A program made the translations under genes and the position numbers. DNA of 64,000 nucleotides. Origin: Malacoraja senta. Taxonomy: Eukaryota. Below are positions 41,221-54,322 of this stretch, piece after piece. Under the pieces are notes generated by a model. It saw nothing but the letters and a program-made list of their open reading frames with translations. It did not search any database and was not told the DNA's origin. Positions within the stretch are counted from its first letter, which is position 1. The number at the start of each line of letters is the position of its first letter. The DNA is taken from the NCBI GenBank assembly GCA_038087875.1, contig JAXLNO010000385.1, forward strand, positions 558,001 to 622,000, written 5' to 3'.

Positions 41221-41880
41221 CCCCTGTCCCACTGTACGAGGTAATTGAAGAGTTCTCCCGGGTTTTCCCCTGATTCGAACTCGGAGAATGTCCGTAGCGG
41301 GTCCATAGGAGTTCGTGGATGTCTCGTAGCGGCACGTTATGCTAACGGTAGGTTCGCTGGAAATCCGGTAAACTCGTGACGTTTTTTCAACACTGTGAAA
41401 AATGTCCACGAGAAAAAAAAATACTCGTACGAGCCGCTACGAGACATCCACGAACTCCTACCGACCCGATGCGGACATTCTCCGAGTTCGAATCAGGGGA
41501 AAACTCGGGAGAACTCTTCAATTACCTCGTACATAGACTTATCTCCACCCATCGTTTTCTGCCCTGTTCCCCCTTTCTTCCTGTCCCACTGTACGAGCTA
41601 ATTCAAGAGTTCGCCCCAGTTTCCCCTGATTCGAACTCGGAGAATTACGGTAATAGCCGCTCGTAGGTATTCGGGGCTCTCGTGGACATTTTTCAATTTG
41701 TTGAAAAATCTTCACGAGCTGTCCGCGTTTCCCGAGTACCTGCCGTTATCGGTGCGAGCCGCTGAGAGACGTCCCGAGCTCCGACGTACCCGCTACGTAC
41801 ATTCAACGTGCTTATCACGGGTTTGATTTTTTTTCTCACGCGGGAGAGCTCTTAAATTACCTCGTACACTGGGACAGGCA
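41221..41880. mobile_element. Mirror copies of the MITE pair at 7021..7650
   Basis: Same TIRs and internal palindromic sequence. Confidence 0.75.
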
Positions 41881-43128
41881 CTGGCACACTTCGCGCTATG
41901 ACATACCTTTTCTGTCATTATTTGACGGCTGCATTTCTCATCATATCTGACGACGTTAGATTTGCCGCAGATGATCTGAAGCCGGTGTAAACAATGCGTG
42001 GAAAACACAAATTGATGGAGCAAATCTGCGAGTCGAGCAGAAACTGTGCAGGGAATGGACAGACGGCGTTTTGTATCGGAACCACGAAGATCTGGGGGAA
42101 TAGCCCATCGAGAAACAGCGCCTGTCTATGCGCATCACAAATTCTGTCTGACCCATTGAGTACTGAACTGCTCCCCGCTGCAGGATGCAAAGGATTTGGA
42201 GAGGGCGTTGAAATGTTAGCATGTTGGTGAAAATGCAAAGGCTGGATGGAAGAGGGCAAAGTCCAATTGAGATGTGTGGGGCATGTTTCTATATGTCGAG
42301 GGTGACCGATGCCTGGATTTTTTAAGAACGGAGACGAGGAAACACTTTTTCTCACAGAGAGTGGTGTCTGTGGAATTCTCTGCCTCAGAGGGCGGTGGAG
42401 GCGGGTTCTCTGGAATCGTTCAAGAGAGAGCTAGATAGGGCTCTTAAAAATAGCGGAGTCAGGGGATATGGGGAGAAGGCAAGAACGGGGTGCTGATTGG
42501 GGATGATCAGCCATGATCACTTTGAATGGCGGTTCTGGCTCGAAGGACCAAATGGCCTACACCTGCACCTATGTTCTATTGTCTATTGAAATGTTCTTCT
42601 CGTGTCGGTGGTGAAGGCTCTTGGTATCAATGGAGTTTATGAGGCATTTGTATGGGCATGTGGATATGCAAAAACCTGACAGATCTCCATCAATTTGAGT
42701 TAGCAGATTACATTAATTTATGTTGACATCATGTTCGACCCAGACTTTGCCTTTCCCTGTGTTGCATAGAAACATAGAAAATAGGTGCAGGAGGAGGCCA
42801 TTCGGCCCATCGAGCCAGCACCGCCATTCATTGTGATCATGGCTGTTCATCCCCAATCAATCCCATAGTTGTACATGTCTATATTCGATACATAAGTACA
42901 CAAGACATTGTTGAGAAAATAATACCATGGTGCAGAATGCAAATTTGCGTTTATTATTCTTGTGTGCACCGCGTTAAATCGAAAAGGTTTGTTTTTCCCG
43001 TTATTGGAACAAAAAAAGCTGTACAATAAATAAACACACTCATATCAAAATCAAGATCATTTGATCGAGCAAGAGGGAAGATTGTTAGAATCTAGTCATT
43101 CGCATTGCAGCGCATTAGCCCCATAGAA

Positions 43129-43460
43129 GGGCGGTCACGGTGGCGCAGCGGTAGAGTTGCTGCCTTACAGCGAATGCAGCGCCGGAGACCCGGGTTCGAT
43201 CCCGACTACGGGTGCGATCTGTACAGAGTTTGTACGTTCTCCGCGTGACCTGCGTGGGTTTTCTCCGAGATCTTCGGTATCCTCCCACACTCCAAACAGT
43301 TTTCTAGGTTAATTGACGTGGGGAAAATGTAAAAATGGTCCCTAGCGGGAGTAGAATGGTGTTAATATGCGGGGATCGCTGGTCGGCGCCGACCCGGTGG
43401 GCCGAAGGGCCTGTTTCTGGGCTGCATCTCTAAATCTACAACTAAATAAAACTAAAGACC
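43129..43460 (+). mobile_element. tRNA-derived SINE (HE1/V-SINE-like)
   Basis: gggcggtcacggTGGCGCAGCGGtagag...GGTTCGATCCCgact, followed by the SINE body and an AT-rich tail. Confidence 0.85.
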
Positions 43461-43901
43461 AAGTCAGCTGTCCACGTTGGGGATGTGGTGAATCGCGTAC
43501 TCATGGCTTGTGGAAGGACCGTCAGGAAACATAATAGCAGAGGGGAAAATAGGTTTCTTAGTGTGGTGGTGCCTTCGTTCAAGCCTCTGTACCTTTAGCC
43601 GGACGGGAGCAGCGTGGATGCGTGGATGTTTTTTTTCAATGTCGCCGAATTTGAGGAAGGATCTGGTTTTAGCTTCTGTACGAAGCTGGAAGAATCCAAC
43701 TTCTACCACAGCGTTGACTTCCTTGTCAAACTTCAATGCGGAGTCAAATATCATGCCAAGTTTTTTGACATGCGGTTTGACTAAGTAGGTTAGGCATCCA
43801 AGGCTGCCTGCTATCGTTTTGATGGAGTCAGACTTGGTAATCATTGGTAATATTAATTCCAAGGAACTTGAAGATCTTAACCATTTCTTATTGAGCAGGC
43901 G

Positions 43902-45229
<1,328 letters not shown>

Positions 45230-45230
<1 letters not shown>

Positions 45231-46545
45231 ACTAAAACTCTCATCTTGTCCTCTACCGAATTGCGCTGTATTTACATATACGCAAAGACGGTCCCCGATA
45301 ACGCTACGACTCCCCCCCGCCTTACTCGCCGTTCCCCTGTGCTACAAGCGCATTAAGGTTACTTCCGATCGGTGGAATATTACAAAAGTTACGAAGATTT
45401 TAAAATCGTAAGATCAGCAGATTGGTCTTCTCTCCTGTCTGTCGCCGGGACGGCAACGCCCCTTCTGGCACACGCTGCCAATCACCGGGCTGAGTCCGTA
45501 AGCCGCGCTCAGTCCCGCAGCCGCCCCGCCCCGCCCCGAAGCCGTCTCGCCCAGTGGCCGGTGAGCCCCGGAGCCGTGCCGAAGCCGGGGAACCCGTATA
45601 TGCCCCCTGTCGGGGAAACCCGGAGGCAGCCCGCAGTGCGGAGGGGCCCGGAGCCTGGCCGACTGCTGGAACCTCGAGATCCTGGGGAAGTGAGGAGTGA
45701 GTGTGGGGGGATTGACGGAGCCGGGGGAGGGGGGTCGGCAACACCCCCCACCCGCGTTGCCTCTCACACACCCACCCCCCAGCGGTAGGCCACCGGCCCC
45801 CATCTGAAGCCGTCGCCCTCCCCATCCCCAGCTGCAGGATTAGCCCAAGAAAAGTCCATTGGGCCCACAATGTCTGTACTAGCCCTCCAGTACTAATCCC
45901 TTCGGCCCACAACAACTGTACTAGCCAACACCTATCAAGCCACCCACTCTGGCCCCCGCCTGAAGCCGCCCTCCCCCGGCTACAGGACGCCTCCCCCCCT
46001 CTCCCGCCGCCGGCTTCCGCCTGAAGCCGTCCCGTCCTCGGGGTGGAGCATCCTGCAGCCGGGAAAGGGGGGCGGCTACAGGCGGGGGCTGTCGAGGACC
46101 AATGGCGGGTGAGAGCGTCCTACAGCCGGGGGAGGGGGCGGCTTCAAGCGGGGGTTGTCGAGGTCCTGTGGGGTGGGGGGATTGGGAAGCGTCCTGCAGC
46201 AGGAGGAGGGAACGGTTTCAGGCGGGGGATGGCGGGGGACGGTGGTGGGGGGAGCTTTCTGTAGCCGGAGGAGGCTTTCTGCAGGGCTAGTACGGGTATT
46301 GTGGGCCGGATGGACCGGTTTCCAGAGGGCTAGTAGGTCATTGTGGGCCTAATGGACATTTCTTGGCCTAGTACAGGTGTTGTGGGACGAATGTATTACA
46401 GCTGGGGAAGGGGTCGGCTTCAGGCAGGGGGGCTGGCGCGGAGCGTCCTGCAGCCGGGGGACGGGGACGGCTTCAGGCGGGGGCTGCCGGCGGTCGCTGC
46501 CGTGGCCTACCGCTGCCTTGGCCTACCGCTGCTGCTGCCGTGGCC
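45230..46545 (+). mobile_element. Related putative Helitron 5' segment following the (TATC)n array
   Basis: actaaaactctcatcttgtcctc...cgcaaagacggtccccgata mirrors ~35300..35368, and the same GC-rich internal repeats are present. Confidence 0.55.
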
Positions 46546-46550
46546 TGTCT

Positions 46551-47641
46551 CTGTACTCCACAATTTGAGATTTGTAATAGAAAAAAATCACATGTGGTTA
46601 AAGTGCACATTGTCAGGTTTTATTAAAGGGTATTTTTATACATTTTGATTTTAACATGTAGAAATTGCAGCTGTGTTTATGCATAGTCCGTCCATTTCAG
46701 GGCACCATAATGTTTGCGACACACGGAGTTTGGAATTGCTCGGGTGTCTTTAATTGCCTCCTTCGGACGATAGCTAAAATAAAACAATTCCTACACTTTG
46801 GTGACCTCGAAAAGATCATCCACACATTTATCTCCTCCCGCCTAGATTACTGCAACTTCCTTTACACTGGCATCAGCCAATCTTCCCTGTCCCACCTGCA
46901 ACTGGTCCAAAACTCTGCAGCAAGACTCCTGACGGGCACCCGAAAAAGGGACCACATCACCCCGATCCGCTGGCTCCCTGTACGGTTCCGTATACATTTC
47001 AAGATCCTCCTCCATGTCTACAAAGCCCTCAATGGGCTTGCCTCCACCTACATTAAAAGTCTTCTCACCCACCACTCCACCTCCAGGCCCCTCAGATCGG
47101 CCGACTTGGGGTTGCTGAATATCCCGCGGTCTAGGCATAAGCTCAGGGGCGACCGCACCTTTGCGGTTGCAGCTCCTAGACTGTGGAACAGCATCCCCTT
47201 TCCCATCAGAACTGCCCCCTCCATCGACTCCTTTAAGTCAAGACTAAAAAAGTATCTATACTCCCAAGCCTTTCTTGACGTCCTTTGAGCGAGGGCTATA
47301 TGTATATATGTATGTAGTTTGTTTGTTTATACTATTCTTATAACAAAAGCACTTTGGCCAAGGAGAGTTGTATTTTAAATGTGCTATATAAATAAATGTG
47401 ACTTGACGTGACTTAATGCAGGTATAAGAGAGCTCTCAGCACCCAGTCTTTCCTCTAGGCTTTCCATCACCTTTGGAAACCTTTAGTGCTGTTTATCAAC
47501 ATGAGGACCAAAGTTGTGCCAATGAAAGTGAAAGAAGCCATTATGAGACTGAGAAACAAGAATAAAACAGTTGGAGACATCAGCCAAACCTTAGGATTAC
47601 CAAAATCAACTGTTTGGAACATCATTAAGAAGAGAGAAAGT
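46551..47641 (+). mobile_element. Tc1/mariner 5' remnant interrupted by an L2 LINE 3' fragment (~46762..47412)
   Basis: Tc1 N-terminal HTH MRTKVVPMKVKEAIMRLRNKNKTVGDISQTLGLPKSTVWNIIKK at ~47500..47640. L2 motifs IHTFISSRLDYCN, LQLVQNSAARLLT and RAFAVAAPRLWN-like lie between it and an AT-rich Tc1-like leader. Confidence 0.78.
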
Positions 47642-47874
47642 ATTGTTATTTTTTACCACAGCCGTGTGCAACGAGATATAGGCTGCCTGGACTGCCCGAG
47701 ACCTCGACGCACTTGGCAGGTTGATCCTCCGTTGTTATTTCACAACAAATTTCACCTTTATGGAAATTAATAATATTCTGGACATGCACTCAGCGACAAC
47801 CTGGGAGGCTCTTTATGCCTGCCTTCGAGGCCAGATAATCTCATATACTGCATATGAGAGGAAGAAATATAAAC

Positions 47875-49330
47875 AAATATAGAAACATAGAAAATAGGTG
47901 CAGGAGGAGGCCATTCGGCCCTTCGAGCCTGCACCGCCATTCAATACAATCATGGCTGATCATCCATCTCAGTATCCTGTACCTGCCTTCTCTCCATACC
48001 CCCTGATCCATTTAGCCACAAGGGCCACATCTAACTCCCTCTTAAATATAGCCAATGAATTGGCCTCAACTACCTTCTGTGGCAGAGAATTCCACAGATT
48101 CACCACTCTCTGTGTGAAATATGTTTTTTCTCATCTCGGTCCTAAAAGACTTCCCCCTTATCCTTAAACTGTGTGACCCCTTGTTCTGGACTTCCCCAAC
48201 ATCGGGAACAATCTTCCTGCATCTAGCCTGTCCAACACTTTAAGAATTTTGTAATTTCTATAAGATCCCCCCTCAATCTTCTAAATTCTAGCGAGTACAA
48301 GCCGAGTCTATCCAGTCTTTCTTCATATGAAAGTCCAGCCATCCAAGAAATCAGTCTGGTGAACCTGCTCTGTACTCCCTCGATGGCAAGAATGTATTTC
48401 CTCAGATTAGGAGACCAAAACTGTACGCAATTCTCCACGTGTGGTCTCATCAAGACCCTGTACAACTGCAGTGGAACCTCCCTGCTCCTAAACTCAAATC
48501 CTTTTGCTATGAATGCTAACATAACATTCGCTTTCTTCACTGCCTGCTGCACCTGCATGCCTACTTCCAATCACTGGTGTATAACCATAACAGCACGGAA
48601 ACAGGCCATCTCGGCCCTTCAAGTCCGTGACAAACATTTTTTTCTTTCTTTTTTGTTAAAACTTCCACCCTAGTCCCATCTACCTGCACTCAGACCATAA
48701 CCCTCCATTCCTTTCCCGTCCATATACCCATCCAATCTATTTTTAAAGGATAACATCGAACCTGCCTCCACCACTTCCACTGGAAGCTCATTCCACACAG
48801 CTACCACTCTCTGAATAAAGAAGTTCCCCCTGATGTTACCCCCAAAACTTCTGTCCCTTAATTCTCAAGTCATGTCCCCTTGTTTGAATCTTCCCTACTC
48901 TCAATGGGAAAAGCTTATCCACGTCCACTCTGTCTAACCCGCTCATAATTTGAAAGACCTCTATCAAGTCCCCTCTTAACCTTCTGCGCTCCAAGGAATA
49001 AAGACCTAACTTGTTCAACCTTTTCTGTAACTTAGTTGCTGAAACCCAGGCGACATTCTAGTAAATCTCCTCTGTACTCTCTCTATTTTGTTGACATCCT
49101 TCCTAATATTAGGCGACCAAAATTGTACTCCATACTCCAGAATTGGCCTCACCAAGGCCTTCTACAATTTTAACATTACATCCCAACTTCTATATTCAAT
49201 GCTCTGATTTATAAAGGCCAGCACACCAAAAGCTTTCTTTACCACCCTATCTACATGAGATTCCACCTGCAGGGAACTATGCACAGTTATTCCTAGATCC
49301 CTCTGTTCAACTGCATTCCTCAATTCGCTA
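47875..49330 (-). mobile_element. Two adjacent CR1 3' fragments
   Basis: QAVKKANVMLAFI...RRLRGDLIE and LYSLERRRLRGDLIEVF motifs, with tails. Confidence 0.88.
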
Positions 49331-50119
49331 CCGTTTATCCCCAGTCGGTTACTCCATCGGTACTACCCCACAATATATTAGTACACCAGTGTTGCAGCAG
49401 CCATTTAGCCTAACTCAGTATGTTATAACTATAACCAGTTACCTTTCTATTTTATGTGCCTGTAATTATAAGGGTGTGATTTATACGTAGTCTGAGGCGT
49501 TTTTGCGACTGGGATTATCGCACAGACTTGCTAGTAGTTTTAGTTTAATTTGAAGAAGCATGCGGGGAGGTCACAGCTTTCAACCATCCCCGAGTTTAAC
49601 CATGAGTAAGATCAAAATGTATTCATACAAGGAGAAGTTTGGATGAATATCTTACTGTTTTTACTACTACAATAAAGAAACTATTAATCAAGAGACTGTG
49701 TTTGGAAGATTTATATTTCGACGGCATTCAATGTCTCGTGGAGATCTCGTGAATGCGTTTCGATTATCTCCTGAACCCCTGTCTTCAATCATTGTGACTA
49801 AAGGAAAGAATCCTTGAAACGATATGAAAATCTGTCATTATAAGTACTAGCCCAGATTATGTCACTCCATCAGTACCACCCCACAGTGTGTCACTCTATC
49901 ATAGAGACATAGAAAATAAGTGCAGGAGGTGAACATTCGGCCCTTCGAGCCAGCACCGCCATTCATTGTGAACATGGCTGATCGTCCCCTATCAATAACC
50001 CGTGCCTGCCTTTTTCCCATATCCCTTGACTCCACTAGCCCCTAGAGTATCTAACTCTCTCTTAAATCCATCCAGTGACTTGGCCTCCACGGCCCTCTGT
50101 GGCAGGGAATTCCATAAAT

Positions 50120-53100
50120 ATTACTCCATCAGTGTTGCCATGCATTTGATCAGTTCATCAGTACTACTCCACAGTGTCTCTCCATCAGTACTGCCCCACA
50201 GTGTGCCACACTATCAGAACCACCTCACAAGTTATCACTACACCAGTACTGCCCCACAGTGTATCTCTCCATCAGTACCACGGCGAAGTATCTCACCCCA
50301 TCATGACTACCGTAATGTGTGTCACTCCACTAGTGCTACCATACATTTGATCACTTCATTAGTACTGCTGCACACTAGTGATACTACATGAGTACCGCCC
50401 CACAATGTATCACTCCATCAGACATTCACCATAGCGTGTCACTCAATCTGTACTACCCTACAGTGTGTCCCTCCATAAATTCTCCCACTCAGTGTGTCAC
50501 TCCACCAGTACTGCCCTACAGTGTGTCATTCCATCTGTACTACCCCACAGTGTATTACTCCATCAGTACTACCCCACTGCATGTCATTCCAAAAATACTA
50601 CCTCTGGGTGTCTCTCCATCAGTACTTCACCGAAGTATGTCACTCCATCAGCGCTACCCCACTGTTTTTGTGACTTCATCAGTACCATCCCTCAGTGTGT
50701 CACTCCATCAGAACTAGCTCATGTCACCACTCCATCAGTGCTACCCTACAGTGTGTCACTCCATCAGTACCACACCGAAGATTGTCATTCCATCATGAGT
50801 ACACTACAGTGTATCACTCCATCAGTGCTGCCATGCATTTGATCACTTCATCCGTAATACTCCGCAGTGTGTCACTCCATCAGCACTTCCCCACAGTTTA
50901 TCACTCCATCAGCACTACCCTACAGTGTGTCAGTCCCAGTACGACTTCATAGTGTATCATACCATCAGTACAACCCCGACGTTTGTCTCTCAATCAGGAC
51001 TACTCCAGTGTGTGTCACTCCATCAGAGCTACCACAAATTGTCAGTCCATCAGTGAGGCTCCCCAGTATGTCTCCCCATCTGTAGTTCCACACATTGTGT
51101 CAGTCCATCAGTAATAACCGGAAGTTTGTCACTCCATCAGAACTATCCTACAGTGTGCCATTCCATCAGCCCTGTCACACAGTGACAGTCCATCAGTACT
51201 ATGCCTCAATGTCACCCCGTCAGTTCTATCCCACAGTATGCCACTACATCAGTACTTGCACACAGTGCGTCACTCTATCAGTACTACCCTACAGTGTATC
51301 ACTCCATCTGTACTACTCCACAGTGTCACTCCAATGGTACTACCCGACAATGTGTTAGTATATCAGTGCTTGCCCACAGTGTGTCAATCCTTCCTTACCA
51401 CCTCACAGTGTGTCCCTCCATCAGTATTAGCACAGTGTGTCCCTCCATCAGTACCACCACCGTGTGTCACTCCATCAGTACCACCACAGTGTGTCACTCG
51501 ACCAGTACCACCACAGTGTGACCCTCCATCAGTACCACCAACGTGTGTCCCTCCATCAGTAATGCTCCACAGTGTGTCCCTCCATCAGTACCACGACAGT
51601 GTGTCACTCCATCAGTACCACCACAGTATTTCCCTCCATCAGTACCTCCACTGTGTGTCCCTCCACCAGTACCACCACAGTGTGTCCCTCCATCAGTCCC
51701 ACCACAGTGTGTCCCTCCATCAGTACCACCACAGTATTTCCCTCCATCAGTACCACCACAGTATTTCCCTCCATCAGTACCAGCTCAGTGTGTCCCTCCA
51801 CCAGTTCCACCACAGTGTGTCCCTCCATCAGTACCACCACAGTATTTCCCTCCATCAGTACCTCCACTGTGTGTCCCTCCACCAGTACCACCACAGTGTG
51901 TCCCTCCATCAGTACCTCCACTGTGTGTCACTCCATCAGTACCACCACAGTGTGTCCCTCCATCAGTACCACCACAGTATTTCCCTCCATCAGTACCACC
52001 ACAGTATTTCGCTCCATCAGTACCACCACAGTGTGTCCCTCCATCAGTACCAGCTCAGTGTGTCCCTCCACCAGTTCCACCACAGTGTCACACCATCAAT
52101 ACCACCATAGTGTGTCACTCCATCGGTACCGCTACACAATGTATCATTACATCAGTACCACCACAGTGTGATACTCCATCAGCACTATCCAACTATTTGT
52201 GTGACTTCATCAGTACAATCCCTCAGTGTTTCACTCCATCAGATCTACTTCACATGTTATCACTCCACCAGTGCTACCCCACAGTGCCCACTCGATCAGT
52301 ACCACTCCGACATCTGTCACTCCATCAGGACTACCCTACAAGTGTCACTCCATCAGTGCTGCCATACATTTGATCACTTTATCAGTACTACTCCGCAGAG
52401 TGTCAGCCCATCAGTACTTCCCCACAGTTTATCACTCCATCAGCATCACCCCACCGCGTGTCTGTCCCAGTACGACCCCATAGTGTGTCACATCATCATT
52501 ACTAGGCCGACGTTTGTTACTCCCCCGACGATTGTTACTCCACCAGGACTACTCCACAGTGTGTTATTCCATAAAGACGACCACAAAGTGTGTCACTCCA
52601 TCAGTTCTACCACAGTGTGTCACTCCATCAGTACCATCACAGCGTGATCCTCCATCAGTACCACCACAATGTGTGTCCCTCCATCAGTTCTACCACAGTG
52701 TGTCACTCCATCAGTATCACCACAGCGTGATCCTCCATCAGTAACACCTCACAGAATGTCAGTCCATCTGTACTACCCACAGTGTGTCAGTCCATTAGTA
52801 CAACACACAATGTCACATCATTAGTACTACACAAAATTGTATCACTTTATCTGTACTACCCCACAGTGGTCACTCTATCAGTACTGCTCTACAGTGTGAC
52901 CCTCCATCTGTACCACCACAGTGTCCTTCCATCAGTACACAGCATTGTTTCACTACATCAGTACCACACGAGTGCGCCCCTCCATCAATACCACCACATA
53001 TTGTGTCACTCGATCAGTACCACCACAGTGTCGCTCCATCAGTACCTCCGCAGTGCGCCCCTCCATCAGTACCCCCACAGTGTGCACTCCATCAGTACCA

Positions 53101-53420
53101 CCACAGTGTGTCCCTCCATCAGTACCACCACATTGTGTCCCTCCATCAGTACCACCACAGTGTGTCCCTCCATCAGTACCTCCGCAGTGCGCCCCTCCAT
53201 CAGTACCACCACAGTGTGTCCCTCCATCAGTACCACCACAGTGTGTCCCTCCATCAGTACCACCACAGTGTGTCATTCCATCAGTACCACCACAGTGTGT
53301 CCCTCCATCAGTACCACCACAGTGTGTCCCTCCATCAGTGCCACCACAGTATGTCACTGCGTCAATTCTGCCCCATTTATTATCCCTCCTGTACTATTCC
53401 ACTGTATGTCACCCCATCAG
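50120..53420 (+). repeat. Minisatellite array, core 27 bp (CCCTCCATCAGTACCACCACAGTGTGT), with degenerate ~29-bp units at the flanks
   Basis: Homogeneous blocks at ~51400..52100 and ~53050..53350. Inverted copy at ~63210..64000. Confidence 0.93.
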
Positions 53421-54322
53421 TGGACGTAGAGAGGGCAGCCCAGAGAGGGGGAATAGAGAGCGTATGAGAGAGAGTAACAGTTCAGAGAGAGTGACAGTAG
53501 TAAGGATGGAGGGTGAGAGAAAGAGAGGAGGGAGAGGTGCTGTATCATTCGCTGTTTTATTTAGGTTGAGGACAATTCTGAGGCGGCAATGTTTCTGTTC
53601 TCTGAGTGTCGTGAGTCTTTGGGTCGTTCCTCCACAGAGGTGATGAAGGAAGGCAGAGAATGTTATTGTCCCATGGTATAATCAGATCTATTCCAGGCAA
53701 GCAGGGAGTGAATGGTTCCCGGGGTCAGTCAGCGGGAGTGTGGGGTTGAGGTCACAGTCAGTGAAGCCGCGATCATATTGAGTGGTGAAGCAGAGTGGAG
53801 GGAGGGGAGCATTTTAGTCCGAGGTGATGTGTTGAACTAATCCCTCAACCTGTGGACAAAGGTCGCCCAGTCCAGTCCACCTTCAAACTGGGCACCAGAA
53901 GCCCTGAGAGGGTCCCTGGAATTTGGCATTGCCTTGCTGAGTGAAACGGATTAAAGGAAATCAGACAAACAACATGAGGTGGAGAGTTGGATCTGATGGA
54001 GTTTGAAACAATATTCCCTTTGCTGGAACAATGCCGCCGCTCCCAATTTCCATCCCTTAGTATCTATCGCCACAATTCCCAGTCTTTGGAGTTTCTCAAT
54101 CAATTCCCTGATTAAATCACAACCTGTCTCAGCAGGGATTTCACTCGGCTGATGTCATCTGTTTGTGAATCATTTCTAAATCTCTATTTTTAAACTCTGT
54201 TGAAACTTCACTGTCCCGGTGTTGACGGAAAATGGTATAAAATCTCCAGGAAGGTTCTGTCCCAGCATTTCATTCCGAGACATTACCGGTAGCTCACGGG
54301 GACATGTCGCTGGGCAGAGAAA

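Noticed and set aside
43129..43210. tRNA-like sequence with A and B boxes (and mirror at ~5690..5766)
   Set aside because: It continues into a SINE body and tail and has no proper cloverleaf or acceptor stem, so it is a SINE head.
51201..53643. Mucin-like or Cys/Pro-rich repeat ORFs ([18 protein letters not shown]) and mirror ORFs at 62989..63977
   Set aside because: A 27-bp minisatellite is open in several frames on both strands; there is no signal peptide, splice context or frame preference.
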